From positions 26,544 through 90,543 of the forward strand of contig JAUCBJ010007752.1 in assembly GCA_032718475.1 (NCBI GenBank): DNA of 64,000 bases, written 5' to 3'. The notes under the pieces are model-generated. The model searched no databases, was not told where the DNA came from, and worked only from the letters and a program-made list of their open reading frames with translations. Below, piece by piece: positions 21,520-33,955 of the stretch (the first letter of the stretch is position 1; every line of letters begins with the position of its first letter). The position numbers and the translations under genes were made by a program. This stretch comes from Nemertoderma westbladi. Taxonomy: Eukaryota; Animalia; Xenacoelomorpha.

Positions 21520-23243
21520 CAATAGAGTCGTCAGTGAATGTTTGCCTAATCGCCGACATTGTGTCTCGGACTCTCAAAAGACATCCACTTTGTCTCGGAG
21601 AAGATCATACGTTCTACATGGAAGGGAGAATTCGTACCGACGTGTTTAGACGATTCCTTGAACCCTTCTACAACTCCGACGCTCAGTGTAATGCCTTTAC
21701 TCGAGCAGGATTTAGTATATTTCGAGACGTGTATCTTCGCTGTGCGGGATCTCTTATCGAAAGACCATCTATGTTTACATTGTTACCCTATGAAGGAGAA
21801 CGTATCGTGGAAATTACGGATGAATCACGGCAGACGCGCGCGCCTATCGGTCACCTTGGTGATGAATTCGAAGTAACTACTACGATCGCCGACGATCCTT
21901 TAGAGGAACTTCTTGAGATAGAAAGGAACCTCCCGAAGAAATCTCAGACGGAGATTCGACAACTTGAAGCAACAGATGCTATAGTTTGTATACAACCTTC
22001 AGAAACCTACCAACCCATAGACCCAGATGATTACGATTATAGTATGGGAGGAAGCGCTCGACCGATTGGAGATCTTATATACGAACGAGTGTGGTACCCT
22101 GCCAATACGATGTGTAGTAAATGTGGCGTCGCTGGACATCATATGGCAAAGTGCAGTGGAAGGCACATTACTACGACTCAGCTAATCTGTGGATGGTGTG
22201 GGGATCAAGGGTCTCATACCTTTTATACTTGCTGGAGATTTATGGCTCAATGTACTTACTGCAATATAAAAGGACATCGAGCATCTGAATGCCAACTAAG
22301 AGACATACCTTATGAACACGAATCTGTAAAACTCGTGAGGAAATTATTTGATGAGTGGGAAGATTTAGCCGACGAACATGTATCGGCACAAAGAAGACGG
22401 TTTCCGATGAGGGCGCATCTTGGATTTTGGGCGGTAAATCCTCAAACGATGATGTCGGAAGGATATATCTCCGCTATGCCCCAATATGACGAACTTATCG
22501 AGGTTGTCGATATTTTGCCCCACGACAGCGGATTCCGAGTGGTGCGCGAGTATCTACTACAGATTCACCCGGATAACAAAAACACGTGGAATTTTCAGAA
22601 AGTCGTTAATCGGATTACGTATGGTGAATTCGATCGTTTCCGAACTGAAAAACGGAATAAAGGAGCTTGGTTAACCGTCGCATGGGCGTACCGAGCCGCG
22701 TTTTACCATAAACGTATACGAGCGAGCGTATTCGAGGAAGAGGAGGTCCTAGAGGCGACAAATATACCAGCCACTCCGGTTGCGCCGTCTGCACGTCACC
22801 CTCGGGAGGACGGACAGGGTAGGATCATACGGGTCCAGAAAGTGGGCCAACAATTAAAGAAAATTATTAATGTAGAAGAACGCAAGGGAGTTGAGCCGAC
22901 TATTCGAGTTACTCGGGATACGGTATCACTTCCAAGAGAACCAGTAGGAGGATCGGGACATACACCAGCTGATCAACAGGGGGCGCAAGCTACTCTTGGG
23001 TCTGCGTCGTCCACTTCTCGCGCGTTCCCAGACGTTCTACCAACTGTAGTGACGACTGATCGGTCACGAGGAATTGGTCGAGGTTTTGGGGTGCCAAATA
23101 GACGAATTTGCGAGGAAATAGTCGCACCGTCTCTCAACGTCCCAGGTAAACCAATGACTCGCCCCATTAGTCCCATATCGCGAGCAAAGTCACCTGTGCG
23201 CAGTTTTCGAGGACGCGGCAGGGCTCGATCAACTAAGCGATAA
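21468..23243 (+). CDS. BEL accessory ORF C: exonuclease-like C-terminal helix, three CCHC zinc knuckles, basic tail; probably the -1 frame continuation of ORF B
   Basis: WAITSPPRAVLQYYLAIES (Exo III-like); CSKCGVAGHHMAKC, CGWCGDQGSHTFYTC, CTYCNIKGHRASEC. Begins at GTG; frame open from 21444. Confidence 0.7.
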   Translation: MYWAITSPPRAVLQYYLAIESSVNVCLIADIVSRTLKRHPLCLGEDHTFYMEGRIRTDVFRRFLEPFYNSDAQCNAFTRAGFSIFRDVYLRCAGSLIERPSMFTLLPYEGERIVEITDESRQTRAPIGHLGDEFEVTTTIADDPLEELLEIERNLPKKSQTEIRQLEATDAIVCIQPSETYQPIDPDDYDYSMGGSARPIGDLIYERVWYPANTMCSKCGVAGHHMAKCSGRHITTTQLICGWCGDQGSHTFYTCWRFMAQCTYCNIKGHRASECQLRDIPYEHESVKLVRKLFDEWEDLADEHVSAQRRRFPMRAHLGFWAVNPQTMMSEGYISAMPQYDELIEVVDILPHDSGFRVVREYLLQIHPDNKNTWNFQKVVNRITYGEFDRFRTEKRNKGAWLTVAWAYRAAFYHKRIRASVFEEEEVLEATNIPATPVAPSARHPREDGQGRIIRVQKVGQQLKKIINVEERKGVEPTIRVTRDTVSLPREPVGGSGHTPADQQGAQATLGSASSTSRAFPDVLPTVVTTDRSRGIGRGFGVPNRRICEEIVAPSLNVPGKPMTRPISPISRAKSPVRSFRGRGRARSTKR

Positions 23244-23973
23244 AAGGGAGGGCAAGGGTGGACGTAAGACTCGTGAGCCTTTCTTGTGAATTTGTGATTT
23301 ATTTTGAATTATATGTTTTATATTTAGAAATTAGTAAAACTTATATTTTATATTTGTGCTTATTCCGAACTTATGCAATTTATATTGTTCCGAATATTAT
23401 GCAATTTATATTTTATAAGCAGTATTTGTATTTACAGTGAAATAGAAAGTAAGAGTAGATGGAAGACTCGTGGGCCTTTCTTATAGTTTTATTTGTAAAG
23501 TGTTATATTTTGTATTTAGAAAGTTTTATAGTCAGAAAGTTTTGTGCTCAGAAAGACTCATATTTGTAATTATTCCAAACTTATGCAATCTACATTTAGG
23601 TACGAAAGTATTTGTAATTATTTGAATTTATGCAATATTTGAGATGCAATAGTGGATGGAAGACTCGCGAGCCTTTCTTATTGTTTTCATTTATTTGTAT
23701 TTGTAATTGTTTGAATTTATGCAATATTGAGATGCAATAGATTTATATTGGTGAATTTAATTTGGATTTATATTGTACTTACTTAGTAAAGCCTTAAATA
23801 CGTAAAGTCTGAATTTGTAATTATTTTTGTATCGAATCATTACGTAGAAAGGAAGTATTGTTTGAAATTTAATTGTAACTATGTAAGTACGCCCTAAGTA
23901 TTTTATAGTTTGATTGATTATTGGTGAAAACCGTATATTTTATGCACGATAATATCCTGTTTTCATGGAGCGG

Positions 23974-25928
23974 TATAGAATTATATTCCCTAAATGCCGT
24001 GGATTTTCAAAATTTATTTTTTATTCGAATTAACTTTGTAAAGATTGCTTTGAGTTCTCATTTGTATTGGTTCTATCATTTGTACATCTATCGGTCAAGT
24101 GGTTCAGTAGCTCAGTCGGTAGAGCGTTGGAAATTATATGTGTAGTAGGTATTGAGTTCGAATCCTAGTAAGTGCGAATTATTTTTTGTGCAGAATTTCA
24201 ACTCATTTAAATTAACCGCTACAAATTAATTGCATTTGCCTGTACCAATGAGACTGTAGTTATTTGATTGTAACCAATGTCGTGCAAGTTATATATTAGC
24301 TGGACTAATAGCTATCTTTAAAACCTTGTTAGAATTTATAGAACAATCGAGAATTTTCTCGATTGATTGCGGCACAAATTTAGTATATAAAGGTGCGATT
24401 TCGTTCATTATTATTGCTTACACAAACTTCTTATACAATCTATTATATCAATATTCACATCTATTCTGTCGTGCTTAGTTTATTTCAGATTACATTGTAC
24501 ATATTATTATAATCTTTTGTAATAAAAGTTAGAAATACTTGTCAATCTCAGCCCTTTTCTATCTGTTTTACCATGGATTCACTACGGTGAACAAACTTAG
24601 GGACAGGATGGCCGGCTAGAGATCGGGCCGCAGCAATGAACGGGAACATCACGGGAATGTAGACGAGAGACAACCCGCAATACCATCTAGAGTTATTCGC
24701 CCATCGCCTGAAAGGTTAGACAGCGTTCGATCCTTGCTACCTAAGTATAAGACCAAAAGATCAAAAAGGTAGACATAGTGACACGCTGTAAGCCTAAAAT
24801 TACATCATAGGGACTGTACTGTCTTGATTCAGGAAAAACCGCAGTAGACCTTCATATTCCTACGGGGGGGGGGGGGGGGGGGGAGAGCGCAGGCAGATAC
24901 TAGTACGCAGATAGGACGTAGGCACACCGGTACGAAGCATACAAATTGGTTAGGGTGCAGCAAACTGTACGCTTAACTCTTGCTAAGTACAGGTGCGTCT
25001 GTGACTATTTGCCGTACAACGGTGTCCATTACATCAGAACTTGTAGGCTAGGAGGGTTATTGTGTTTTCACCTGAATTAGGATTGTACCGTTCAGGCGGT
25101 AGGGCAGTTTACACTAGGCGCAAATAAATTGAGGCTATCAGGGATATACTAACATCTACCGTGTCCCCGCCAACGCCCTAATAGGAAGTTACCCGGACTA
25201 CCTGGGTGACTAAAATTCTAGATAGGAGCCAGGATAGCTATTAGTACCCGTACGCCTACAGTAGTAAACTAACACATCTCTTCTTAGTATCAGGGACCTG
25301 GTACCTAAAATTGCCGAATTCTGGGCGTAGTATTAACCTTATGCCTGAATTTGAGTCCTGGAAATACGCAAGAGGGGAAGGAACCTTATCATTCGTGAGT
25401 ATTAGACCTACAAGTTATAAAATTAGAATATTCGTAAAATGCACACCGTACCCAGTAATTATATATGTGAAGGAGCAAAACTGCTTTTGACCGTTCAGAA
25501 TTAACACACGCGCGTTAGAAATTATTTACACCTCAAAATATATAAAATTAACTTTCGTCCTTACTGCACTTTGCTCGCTAGTTAGACATCTCCAAATATC
25601 TGCCTCTGTACCTAGCTAGCGTCCCTTTGCCCAACCATATAAATCACACCGCGGCAAAGTATACGAGCCCCTTAGTCCGTCAGTGAGTCAGCCTGATTTT
25701 AGGATTCGCTGCGCGGGATTTTGTTTTCTCGAAGTTTGTCTGCTCGTAGACTGTTTTCTGCCTCACCGGTCATAAGAGATCGATACTGCAATATATTCGC
25801 TTACTTAGAGTTTACTGTTTTGGTGAGAAGGTCGGATTTATGATTTGATTCACAAACTTTACAGTAAGATATTGCAGGTATTGTTACCGTCTCTTCCGAT
25901 AGTAGGAATAGGCGTATCTCTTCAATTA
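23974..25928 (+). repeat. 3' LTR (1955 bp)
   Basis: Direct repeat of the 5' LTR, preceded by a short purine-rich GGAGCGG (weak PPT). Confidence 0.96.
24101..24187 (+). ncRNA. tRNA-derived Pol III cassette in the 3' LTR
   Basis: Identical to 7606-7692. Confidence 0.65.
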
Positions 25929-26131
25929 GGTATAGCTCCACTGGAATGCACCAAGGTGTTGTCAAATTGGAAACTGCCATGAAAGCATAGGTGCCATAGG
26001 TGCAGTATTTGTGTGAAGCAAGAGTGGCTGACAGACACAAATTCCAAACCACGAAGGTATGGCATACATTTTGTATTTTTATTCGCTAATTATATTCGTC
26101 CCAAATTTCATGCTATTTATTCACGAATATT

Positions 26132-26421
26132 GTCGCGACTTTATTATTTTAGTCGCGACTTTATTATTAAAGTCGCGACTTTATTATTAAAGTCGCGACT
26201 TTATTATTAAAGTCGCGACTTTATTATTAAAGTCGCGACTTTATTATTAAAGTCGCGACTTTATTATTAAAGTCGCGACTTTATTATTAAAGTCGCGACT
26301 TCATTATTAAAGTCGCAACTTTATTATTTTAGTGGCGACTTTATTATTTTAGTCGCGACTTTATTATTAAAGTCGCGACTTTATTATTAAAGTCACAACT
26401 TTATTCGTATTAAAGTCGCGA
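26132..26421 (+). repeat. 20-bp satellite array
   Basis: Same unit as 5256-5448. Confidence 0.97.
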
Positions 26422-27533
26422 TTTTGATTGGATACTTCGCTTCTCCACCTTATTATAAGGCTTAGGCATAGAGTTGAATATTGTTTTCTTGTTACTCAGT
26501 ACCTTAATGCACTCTACTCTAGCATATACAGATATAGATAGACGGAAATTGAAAGTAAAATAGGCTACCCTTATATCTGAAGCTGTCTTTCATGGCAGCA
26601 TGCAACACAACTGGCCTAGGCCATGTGCTAGCTGTGCAGTAGTCTAAATGGGACAGTCTGGCTCTAAGGCAATTTAACTGAGGTTACTGGTTGCATATTC
26701 CTGTAATTGTAATTATGGCTGAGGACTTTATTTCCAAAATTAGATCCACGTATAACACATGTCTAACTATTTTAAATGGTGGTGTGGGTAGTTCACGAGC
26801 TGTCACGGGTGCTTACTTACAAGAACTAAATGGACAGTTGAATCATTCTATGGCATGTTTAGAACTGATAAACTCATCTAAAGCACCAGACAACTCTCTT
26901 GGTTTAGAATGTGCTAAAGATCGCAATCTACTTCAGCAATGTTTAATTTCAAAGACACAACTGAGCAAAACACTGCAACACAATAATGACTGTACATCCC
27001 TTTCGAGTAGTAGCCTCACTCCTATTTTGGAACAGGCAACGGCTGGTCGGCCTAAACTCTCTATTCCAAAAAAATCTCTGCAATATCTAAAGAGCTGCGG
27101 ATTTTCCTGGATCCAAATTGCTGGATTGTTTAAAGTTAGTAGGTCCACTATAATGACTCGAGTGCGTGCTTTTGGTCTTACGAAACCACTAGTAACTGTA
27201 AGTGATGAAGAACTTAACTCTGCCATCGATAAACTCCATCTTGATTTCCCTCTGGCTGGATGTTGGCTTATAAACTCGATGCTACGTACACAGTACAATT
27301 ATTTACCTAGAGTTAGTGAAGCCTTGACTGGTATCATACACCAACTATCTATATGCTAGAGTAGAGTGCATTACGGCACTGAGTAACAAAAGAACAATAT
27401 CCAACTCTAACCAACCAATGTTCTCCTGCTTAAAGCCTTATGTGGAGAAGCGAAGTATCCAATCAAAATAGCGACTTTAATACGAATAAAGTCGCGACTT
27501 TAATACGAATAAAGTCGCAACTTTAATACGAAT
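26400..27533. mobile_element. Inverted-repeat-bounded core of a foldback-like DNA element
   Basis: ATTTTGATTGGATACTTCGCTTCTCCAC (about 26421) is inverted as GTGGAGAAGCGAAGTATCCAATCAAAAT (about 27442). Satellite orientation flips across this core. Confidence 0.8.
26691..27359 (+). pseudogene. Truncated HTH-containing transposase N-terminus (eukaryotic IS481/IS3-like); catalytic domain absent
   Basis: GRPKLSI..LQYLKSCGFSWIQIAGLFKVSRSTIMTR..VSDEEL..FPLAG..INSMLR. Confidence 0.65.
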
Positions 27534-27539
27534 CAGACT

Positions 27540-30500
27540 CTATACAACATTGGAGGTGAATAATTTATTGACTTGTACTGACTGACAGACTGCTTGGCGC
27601 CATATGCCCAACCGTTTCTAACTGCTAATACTGTCACTGATTGCCGTCCATGTCATCGAATAAGCGTTGCTGCGGTTGCAATGCAAAGTGCGCCTGCATC
27701 AAGAGGGCGCTGTGCAAAGTGTGCCTGCATCAAGGCGGGACGGCCGTGCACAAACTGTGGACCTGTGAAGTCCGACAACTGCAGAAATCCGATACGGGTG
27801 GCTCCTAGGTCAGTGTCCTCGAAACCATTACCCACTCGGGATGACGTCACGGACTCACGTTGTTTCTCCAGTACTCAGCCCGTCGATCAGAGCCTCACGC
27901 CCACATCGAATGTTGATGAAACTATTTTGGACCTCGACGTAACTCCAGTTCCCCCCACACCTTCAGGTTCAACCGGGAATCATTTATATTTTGGGGGCTT
28001 CTACTTTGAAGGTTTCTCAGGTCTCGGGGCGTCCGCCACGAGCGCCACAGTTAACGGGGCATCCACCACAAGCACCACAGTTAGCGGGGCATCCACCACG
28101 AGCGCCACAGTTAGCGGGGCATCCGCCATGAGCGCCACAGTTAGCGGGGCATCCACCATGAGTGCCACAGTTAGCGGGGAGTCCGCCATGAGCGCCGCAG
28201 TTAGTGGGGCTTCCGCCTGTATCGCCCCCCTCAACCCTACGGTGTCTGATGTTGCCCCCTCACCGATACGGTGTCCGGTGTTGCCCCACTATCACAACGG
28301 TGTCCAGTGTCGCCCCCCTCAACCCTACGGTGTCAGATGTTGCCCCCCTCGCCCCTATGGTGTCCTGTGATGCCCCCCTCAACCCTACGGTGTCCGATGT
28401 TGCCTCACCCGCCCCTATGGTGTCCGGTGTTGCCCCCCTCGTCCCTACAGTGTCCGGTGGTGCCCGCCTCGCCCCCACGGTGCCCAGCGTTGCCCCCCTC
28501 GCCCAAATGGTGCTTAGTGCTGCCCGCCGGGCCCCCATGGTGTCTGGTGTCTCCCCCCTCACCCCTACGGTGTCCGGTGTTGCCCCCCTCGCCCCCAAAG
28601 GTGTCCGGTGTTGCCCCCCTCGCCCCTACAGTGTCCGGTGCTGCCCCCCTCGCCCCTATGGTGTCTGGTGTTGCCACCATCGCCCCAATGGTTGTCTGGT
28701 GTTGCCCCCCTCACCCAAATGGTGTCTGGTGCTGCCCCCTGGGCCCCCAGGGTGTCTGGTGTCTCCCCCTTGCCCCTACAGTGTCCGGGGTTTCCCCCCT
28801 CGCCCCAATGGTGTCTAGTGCGCCACCGATCACCACAGCAACACAACCACGTGGAACCACGCCGCCGCCGAGTGCCACAATGCCAATAGCTGCCCCAATC
28901 CTGCCAATGAACGCCAACTCCAACAGAATAGTTTCCTGGGGCAATGTAAGGCTACCCTTAATTCAGTTGGAGACCTCGATCAATGGCGTCTACGACGTCA
29001 TTGTTCACTGGCGACCCAATCTATTTTTGGTTCCACAGGGTATGGTTGGGCGCGATTTTGTGGCAGGAATGTCCAATCTTCTGTCACTAGTGACGACGGG
29101 GAACCCTCTGCAGTCGTTTAGATGAAGGCGTTGATGGCGGCCCCGGCTTTTTTGCTCCAGAAACCAAGCCGCGCATCAACAATGGCGACACACTGGTGGG
29201 TTCTAGAACACTGGCTGGAAAGTTGGAAACGCGGCGAATTCGGTGAACTCCTCGTGGAAGCCAGAGCGATTCAGGCGCACCTCCCCAAGCAACGTTTCCG
29301 AGCCGAGTCTCAGAATGTGGCCATGCAGAAAGCGTTTGTGCGTCACATGTTGGTGGGAAACGTGTCTGCGGCGACAAGGGGTCTCAGCGACCTGAACCGG
29401 TGGAAACCGCTGAAGTTGGATGATACTTTCGTGGACAAAGACGGAACAACGAAGATTGTACTCAATGTTCTGCAGGAGAAACACCCGGCTGCGAAACCCG
29501 CCGATGAGTCGATTCTCCTCACTGATTTCGATGGAGCCCCAGAATACCACAGCGTGATATTCGAGCGCCTGAATGGACAGCTCATCTTGTCCAGTCTTCT
29601 CAGGATGCGTGGAAACGCTGCAGGACCTTCGGGGTTGGACGTCCAGGGATGGAAACATCTCCTGACGAGGTTCCAGAACCAATCAACGGAGCTTTGTGAC
29701 TGAATCGCCGATCTGGGGAAACTCATATCACAGACTGTTCTTCCTCCAGGAACTCTTACACCATTTCTGTCCGCCCGACTGCTCGTGCTTGATAAGAACC
29801 CCGGAGTCTGTCCCATCGGGATAGGCGAGGTTCTCCGCCGGGTGGTCGGCCAGACGGCGATGACCTATATCCGCGGGGATCTACAGGAGGTGGGCGGCTC
29901 CCTCCAGATGTGCCTCGGCCAGAAGGCCGGCATCGAGTCCGCCATCCACTCGCTGAACGACAAGTTCGCCACGGACGATTGCGACGCCGTCCTCCAGATC
30001 GACGCCACGAACGCGTTCAACGCGCTGAACCGCGAGGCAGCGCTGCACAATATCCGGCTGGTCTGCCCCGCGCTCCACACCATCGTAGTGAATTGCTACG
30101 ACCAGCCGTTGTGTTTGTTTGTAACGAGACAATGTTCTCGGAGGAGGGCTCGACGCAGGGCGACCCGGCGGCGATGCCGTTGTTTGGCGTCGGTCTCGTC
30201 CCGTTACTCGCTGAGCTTATGCGCGCCTGTACTGTCGTTCAGAAGTGGTACGTGGATGATGGGAACACCGTGGGGAATCTCAAGGAACTCCGGAAGTTCT
30301 GGGATGTGGTGTCGGTGAGGGGGCCTCTCTACGGGTACTACCCGACTAAGTGCTGCCTCACTGTCAAGCCGGAGAAGTTGGAGGAGGCGAAGGAGATGTT
30401 CGCGGACACTGGCGTTGCCATCGACACGGTGGGTAACAAACTCCTCGGCGGCGTAATCGGGACCGAGGAGTTCCGGCGGGAGTACATCGAGCGGAAGGTG

Positions 30501-30810
30501 GAGGAGTTCACCGCTGACGTGGATTGCCTCGCCACCATCGCCACAGTCGACCCGCACTGCGCATACGCTGGCCTCGCCTTCGGTCTCTCCTGCCGGTGGC
30601 GGTTCTTGGCGCGCGTTGTCCCGGGGGCCACGGACTCCTTTGGGAAGTTGGAGGATGCTGTGGAGCAGTGCCTCTGTCGGATCGTTGACTAGCCGGTGGT
30701 ATCGGCGATGGAACACGAGTTGCTGTCGCTACCAGTTCGGGACGGGGGGTTAGGGATCCCGGGTTCCCGAGGATCTACGACCCCAATACGAGAACTCCCG
30801 GAGGATCTAC
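27540..30810 (+). mobile_element. Degenerate CRE-like non-LTR retrotransposon (frameshifted, 3'-truncated)
   Basis: Cys-rich N-terminus CAKCACIKAGRPCTNC; AAGPSGLD, PIGIGEVLRR, GIESAIH, IDATNAFN, GSTQGDP, WYVDDG, GPLYGY spread over several frames. Confidence 0.85.
28025..28825 (+). repeat. Two adjacent 30-bp coding minisatellites (SATVSGASxx, then APTVSGVAPL)
   Basis: GAGCGCCACAGTTAGCGGGGCATCC units followed by CCCCTACGGTGTCCGGTGTTGCCCCCCTCG units. Confidence 0.92.
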
Positions 30811-31314
30811 AATAACAAATACACCAAACAATGTACCGGTATAAAGGTATTGTCCAACATAACATATAGGATTACCCCTAAAGCTTTGCAGTTTATTTCC
30901 AAGGGGGTCATTTATGTTACTTGGTTACAAATTATAAAGTTAAAATAATAAAGTCGCGACTTTAATAATAAAGTCGCGACTTTAATAATAAAGTAGCAAC
31001 TTTAATAATAAAGTCGCGACTAAAATAATAAAGTCGCGACTTTAATAATAGAGTTGCGACTAAAATAATAAAGTCGCGACTAAAATAATAAAGTCGCGAC
31101 TTTAATAATAAAGTCGCGACTTTAATAATAAAGTCGTGACTTTAATAATAGAGTTGCAACTAAAATAATAAAGTCGCGACTAAAATAATAAAGTCGCGAC
31201 TTGTACACCACATAGTGTGACAAATACACCAAACAATGTACCGGTATAAAGGTATTGTCCAACATAACATATAGGATTACCCCTAAAGCTTTGCAGTTTA
31301 TTTCCAAGGGGGTC
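30811..31314 (-). repeat. Inverted copy of the satellite plus spacer arm
   Basis: Reverse complement of about 5256-5580; array at 30941-31202, then a second partial spacer copy to 31314. Confidence 0.93.
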
Positions 31315-31327
31315 CTTTATGGGGTGA

Positions 31328-31684
31328 GTACAAAACGGAGACGGGAGATGGGAGACCCCCCCAAGTACAAAAGGGCGACCCCCTCAAGTACAAAAGGGAG
31401 ACCCCCCCAAGTACAAAAGGGAGACCCCCCAAGTACAAAAGGGAGACCCCCCCAAGTACAAAAGGGAGACCCCCCACCCCCCAAGTACAAAAGGGAGACC
31501 CCCCCCCCCCCCCAAGTACAAAAGGGTGACCCCCCCCCCCCAAGTACAAAAGGGAGACCCACCAAGTATGTACAAAAGGGAGACCCCCCCCCCCAAGGTA
31601 CAAAAGGGAGACCCCCCCCCCCCAAGTACAAAAGGGAGACCCACCAAGTATGTACAAAAGGGAGACCCCCCCCCACCCCCCCCT
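31328..31684 (+). repeat. Tandem array AAGTACAAAAGGGAGA(C)n
   Basis: About 13 copies with variable C-run length. Confidence 0.95.
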
Positions 31685-33507
31685 GATTGGGTTGTGAAAG
31701 TGTTTACTCTTGAGGATACTGTACAGTGCTGCAATGTATAGTGAACAAGTGACATGGGGTACTGTGGTACTGGTCCTGTGGTCCGGGTAATGCTGTAATG
31801 CAGTAAATTATAGGCCTAGCTATCTAGGCCTAGGTCACTGGCTGATTGGTTAGGTTAAATTCGGAAATTTTGTAACTTTCCTGTAACTGTCTGTCAGTCT
31901 GTGTAAAAGCAAGTCAGCAATTATAATTCTGTAGTTCGTCATCGTCAGTATCATACTGTCATACTGTAGCCTACCCTGACAGATTAGGACTAATGCTGTA
32001 ATGTGTTTCAGCTTTCAGGTTCAGGGCCTCCACCAGTACGGTCTGACGGTACTGTACCAGCAACCGGCACTGTAGGTCAGTAGGTAGTTGTACAGTATAG
32101 TACTGATGCAGTGCTCCTTGGTAAAGTGGCCTTTTATTGTTTTGATTAGAAAAGCCTGCCTCTGTTACCTGCTCCTTTCCTTCAATTGGTTTATGATGTC
32201 TACGTATGTTACTTATACTAGGCCTACATTATTAGGCCTCTACTGTATTATGCAGTTATGTGGAGGCCCCCAAACACATTAATCCCCCCTGATTCTGATA
32301 CCGTTGCACAGGCAAAAATGCCCCCCCCCCCGCATGGAATGCCCAGGGGGCATATCCACCTAGCGCCAAATGCCCCCGGGTCACATTGTCCTAGCAACAT
32401 ATGGCCCCCTACCGCCCAGAATGCCCCCTCCCCAACCCAAAATTGCACCCTAACACCACATATAAGTACTTTACAATGAAATGTATGTAGGTATATTTTG
32501 AGAGTCAGGATCAGCAGATCAGGGAAGGGAAACGGCAGAACGGAAATAGGTATACTATTGAAATAGGTACCGGTAGCTGATTACTGAATTAGTACGCCTA
32601 ACTGTTGGTTGACCCTGACAGTAATATAATCTGGTAGGCCTAATACTGTAGCAACATCTTAAATTATTATTGGGGAAGGTAGGCCTTTTACAATTACACA
32701 ATTTTCTTGCTTGCTATGGAAACTCTCTGCTACACCGGTACGCTGTACAAATGTAAACTAATCTGTCAATTACTGAATTAGAATATTAATTAATTGGAAT
32801 AATTAATTTATAACAGTCATCCCATTACAGTCACTGTTGACGTTGAGAAAGCGACTTTGAAACTTCTCATCACTCACTGTCAGACTGCTACGATGATGAA
32901 TTCCAGGCTGGATATTGTTGTGTATTTTTCGAAGTATGATATAAATGAATCAACAATCAATAGGTTTTGTGACCTTACTGATATAAACTCCGTACAAGAA
33001 CCTGCTGAAACAATAGAGTCCTTTGATGACTTGAAGGAAATTGAAAATACTCTCAAGATAATACCCATCAAAGTACGGAAAAAACTTTGTAAGGCGATTA
33101 GTGATGCTGTGGGGCTACAATCATTCAATGATAGCATATTTCAGTGTACATCTCGATTAAGTGAAACTGCAATGGAATGCATTGTTGCTGGGTCTCTCAT
33201 CAGGCCTGATACCTGCACCGATTCTGTGGCCAGTTTACAAACCCATACATCGATTACTCCTTCCAAAAGTCCTGCTTATAAAAAGCAGTGTTTTGATAAA
33301 ACCGACATAGAAAAAATCAGTGGTGGTGTTAGTGCTATGTGTTCAGAATCTTCAGAGTTTTCACATTTCACGCCAGGGGAAACTTCTACACCATTTAAAG
33401 GTTTCGATATTTCGAGTTTTGCTAATATAAAAAATGCTAAGAGATCATTAGCATCAATTATCGATACACCAGTGTCTGACACTTTTAGTGTCTGATAATT
33501 AGCAAAA

Positions 33508-33955
33508 TGTTGTGGAACCACTAATAACAGTGGGTTTACCGGATACTGGTTGGGTACCTGATAATTTGCAAAAATATGGTGGTGGTAATAGTCAAACTAC
33601 CGGTTTAGATACCAGTACAGGTTTTGATATTCTAATTGGTGGGAGAGTGGATGTTGTGGAACCACTAATAACAGTGGGTTTACCGGATACTGGTTGGGTA
33701 CCTGATAATTCGCAAAAATATGATGGTGGTAGTAGTCAAACTACTGGTTTAGATACCGGTACAGGTTTTGATATTCCAATTGGTGGGAGAGTGGATGTTG
33801 TGGAACCACTAATAACAGTGGGTTTACCGGATACTGGTTGGGTACCTGATAATTCGCAAAAATATGGTGGTGGTAATAGTCAAACTACTGGTTTAGATAC
33901 CAGTACAGGTGTTGATATTCCAATTGGTGGGAGAGTGGATGTTGTGGAACCACTA
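33508..33955 (+). repeat. 144-bp (48-aa) tandem repeat, about 3.1 copies
   Basis: TGTGGAACCACTAA recurs at 33511, 33655, 33799 and 33943. Confidence 0.95.

Larger units (their letters stand above)
7479..25928 (+). mobile_element. Full-length BEL/Pao LTR retrotransposon, very recent insertion
   Basis: Two near-identical LTRs, 5-bp TSD GGTAT (7474-7478 / 25929-25933) confirmed by the empty site in the neighbouring tandem copy, and an intact gag-pol. Confidence 0.97.

Noticed and set aside
19519-23243. env gene
   Set aside because: No signal peptide, fusion or transmembrane segment evident.
28204-28944. Many overlapping Cys/Pro-rich ORFs (keratin-associated or metallothionein-like)
   Set aside because: Alternative frames of a GC-rich minisatellite.
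31255-31755. Extensin-like Pro/Lys ORFs
   Set aside because: Translation of the AGTACAAAAGGGAGA(C)n array; variable C-runs do not keep frame.
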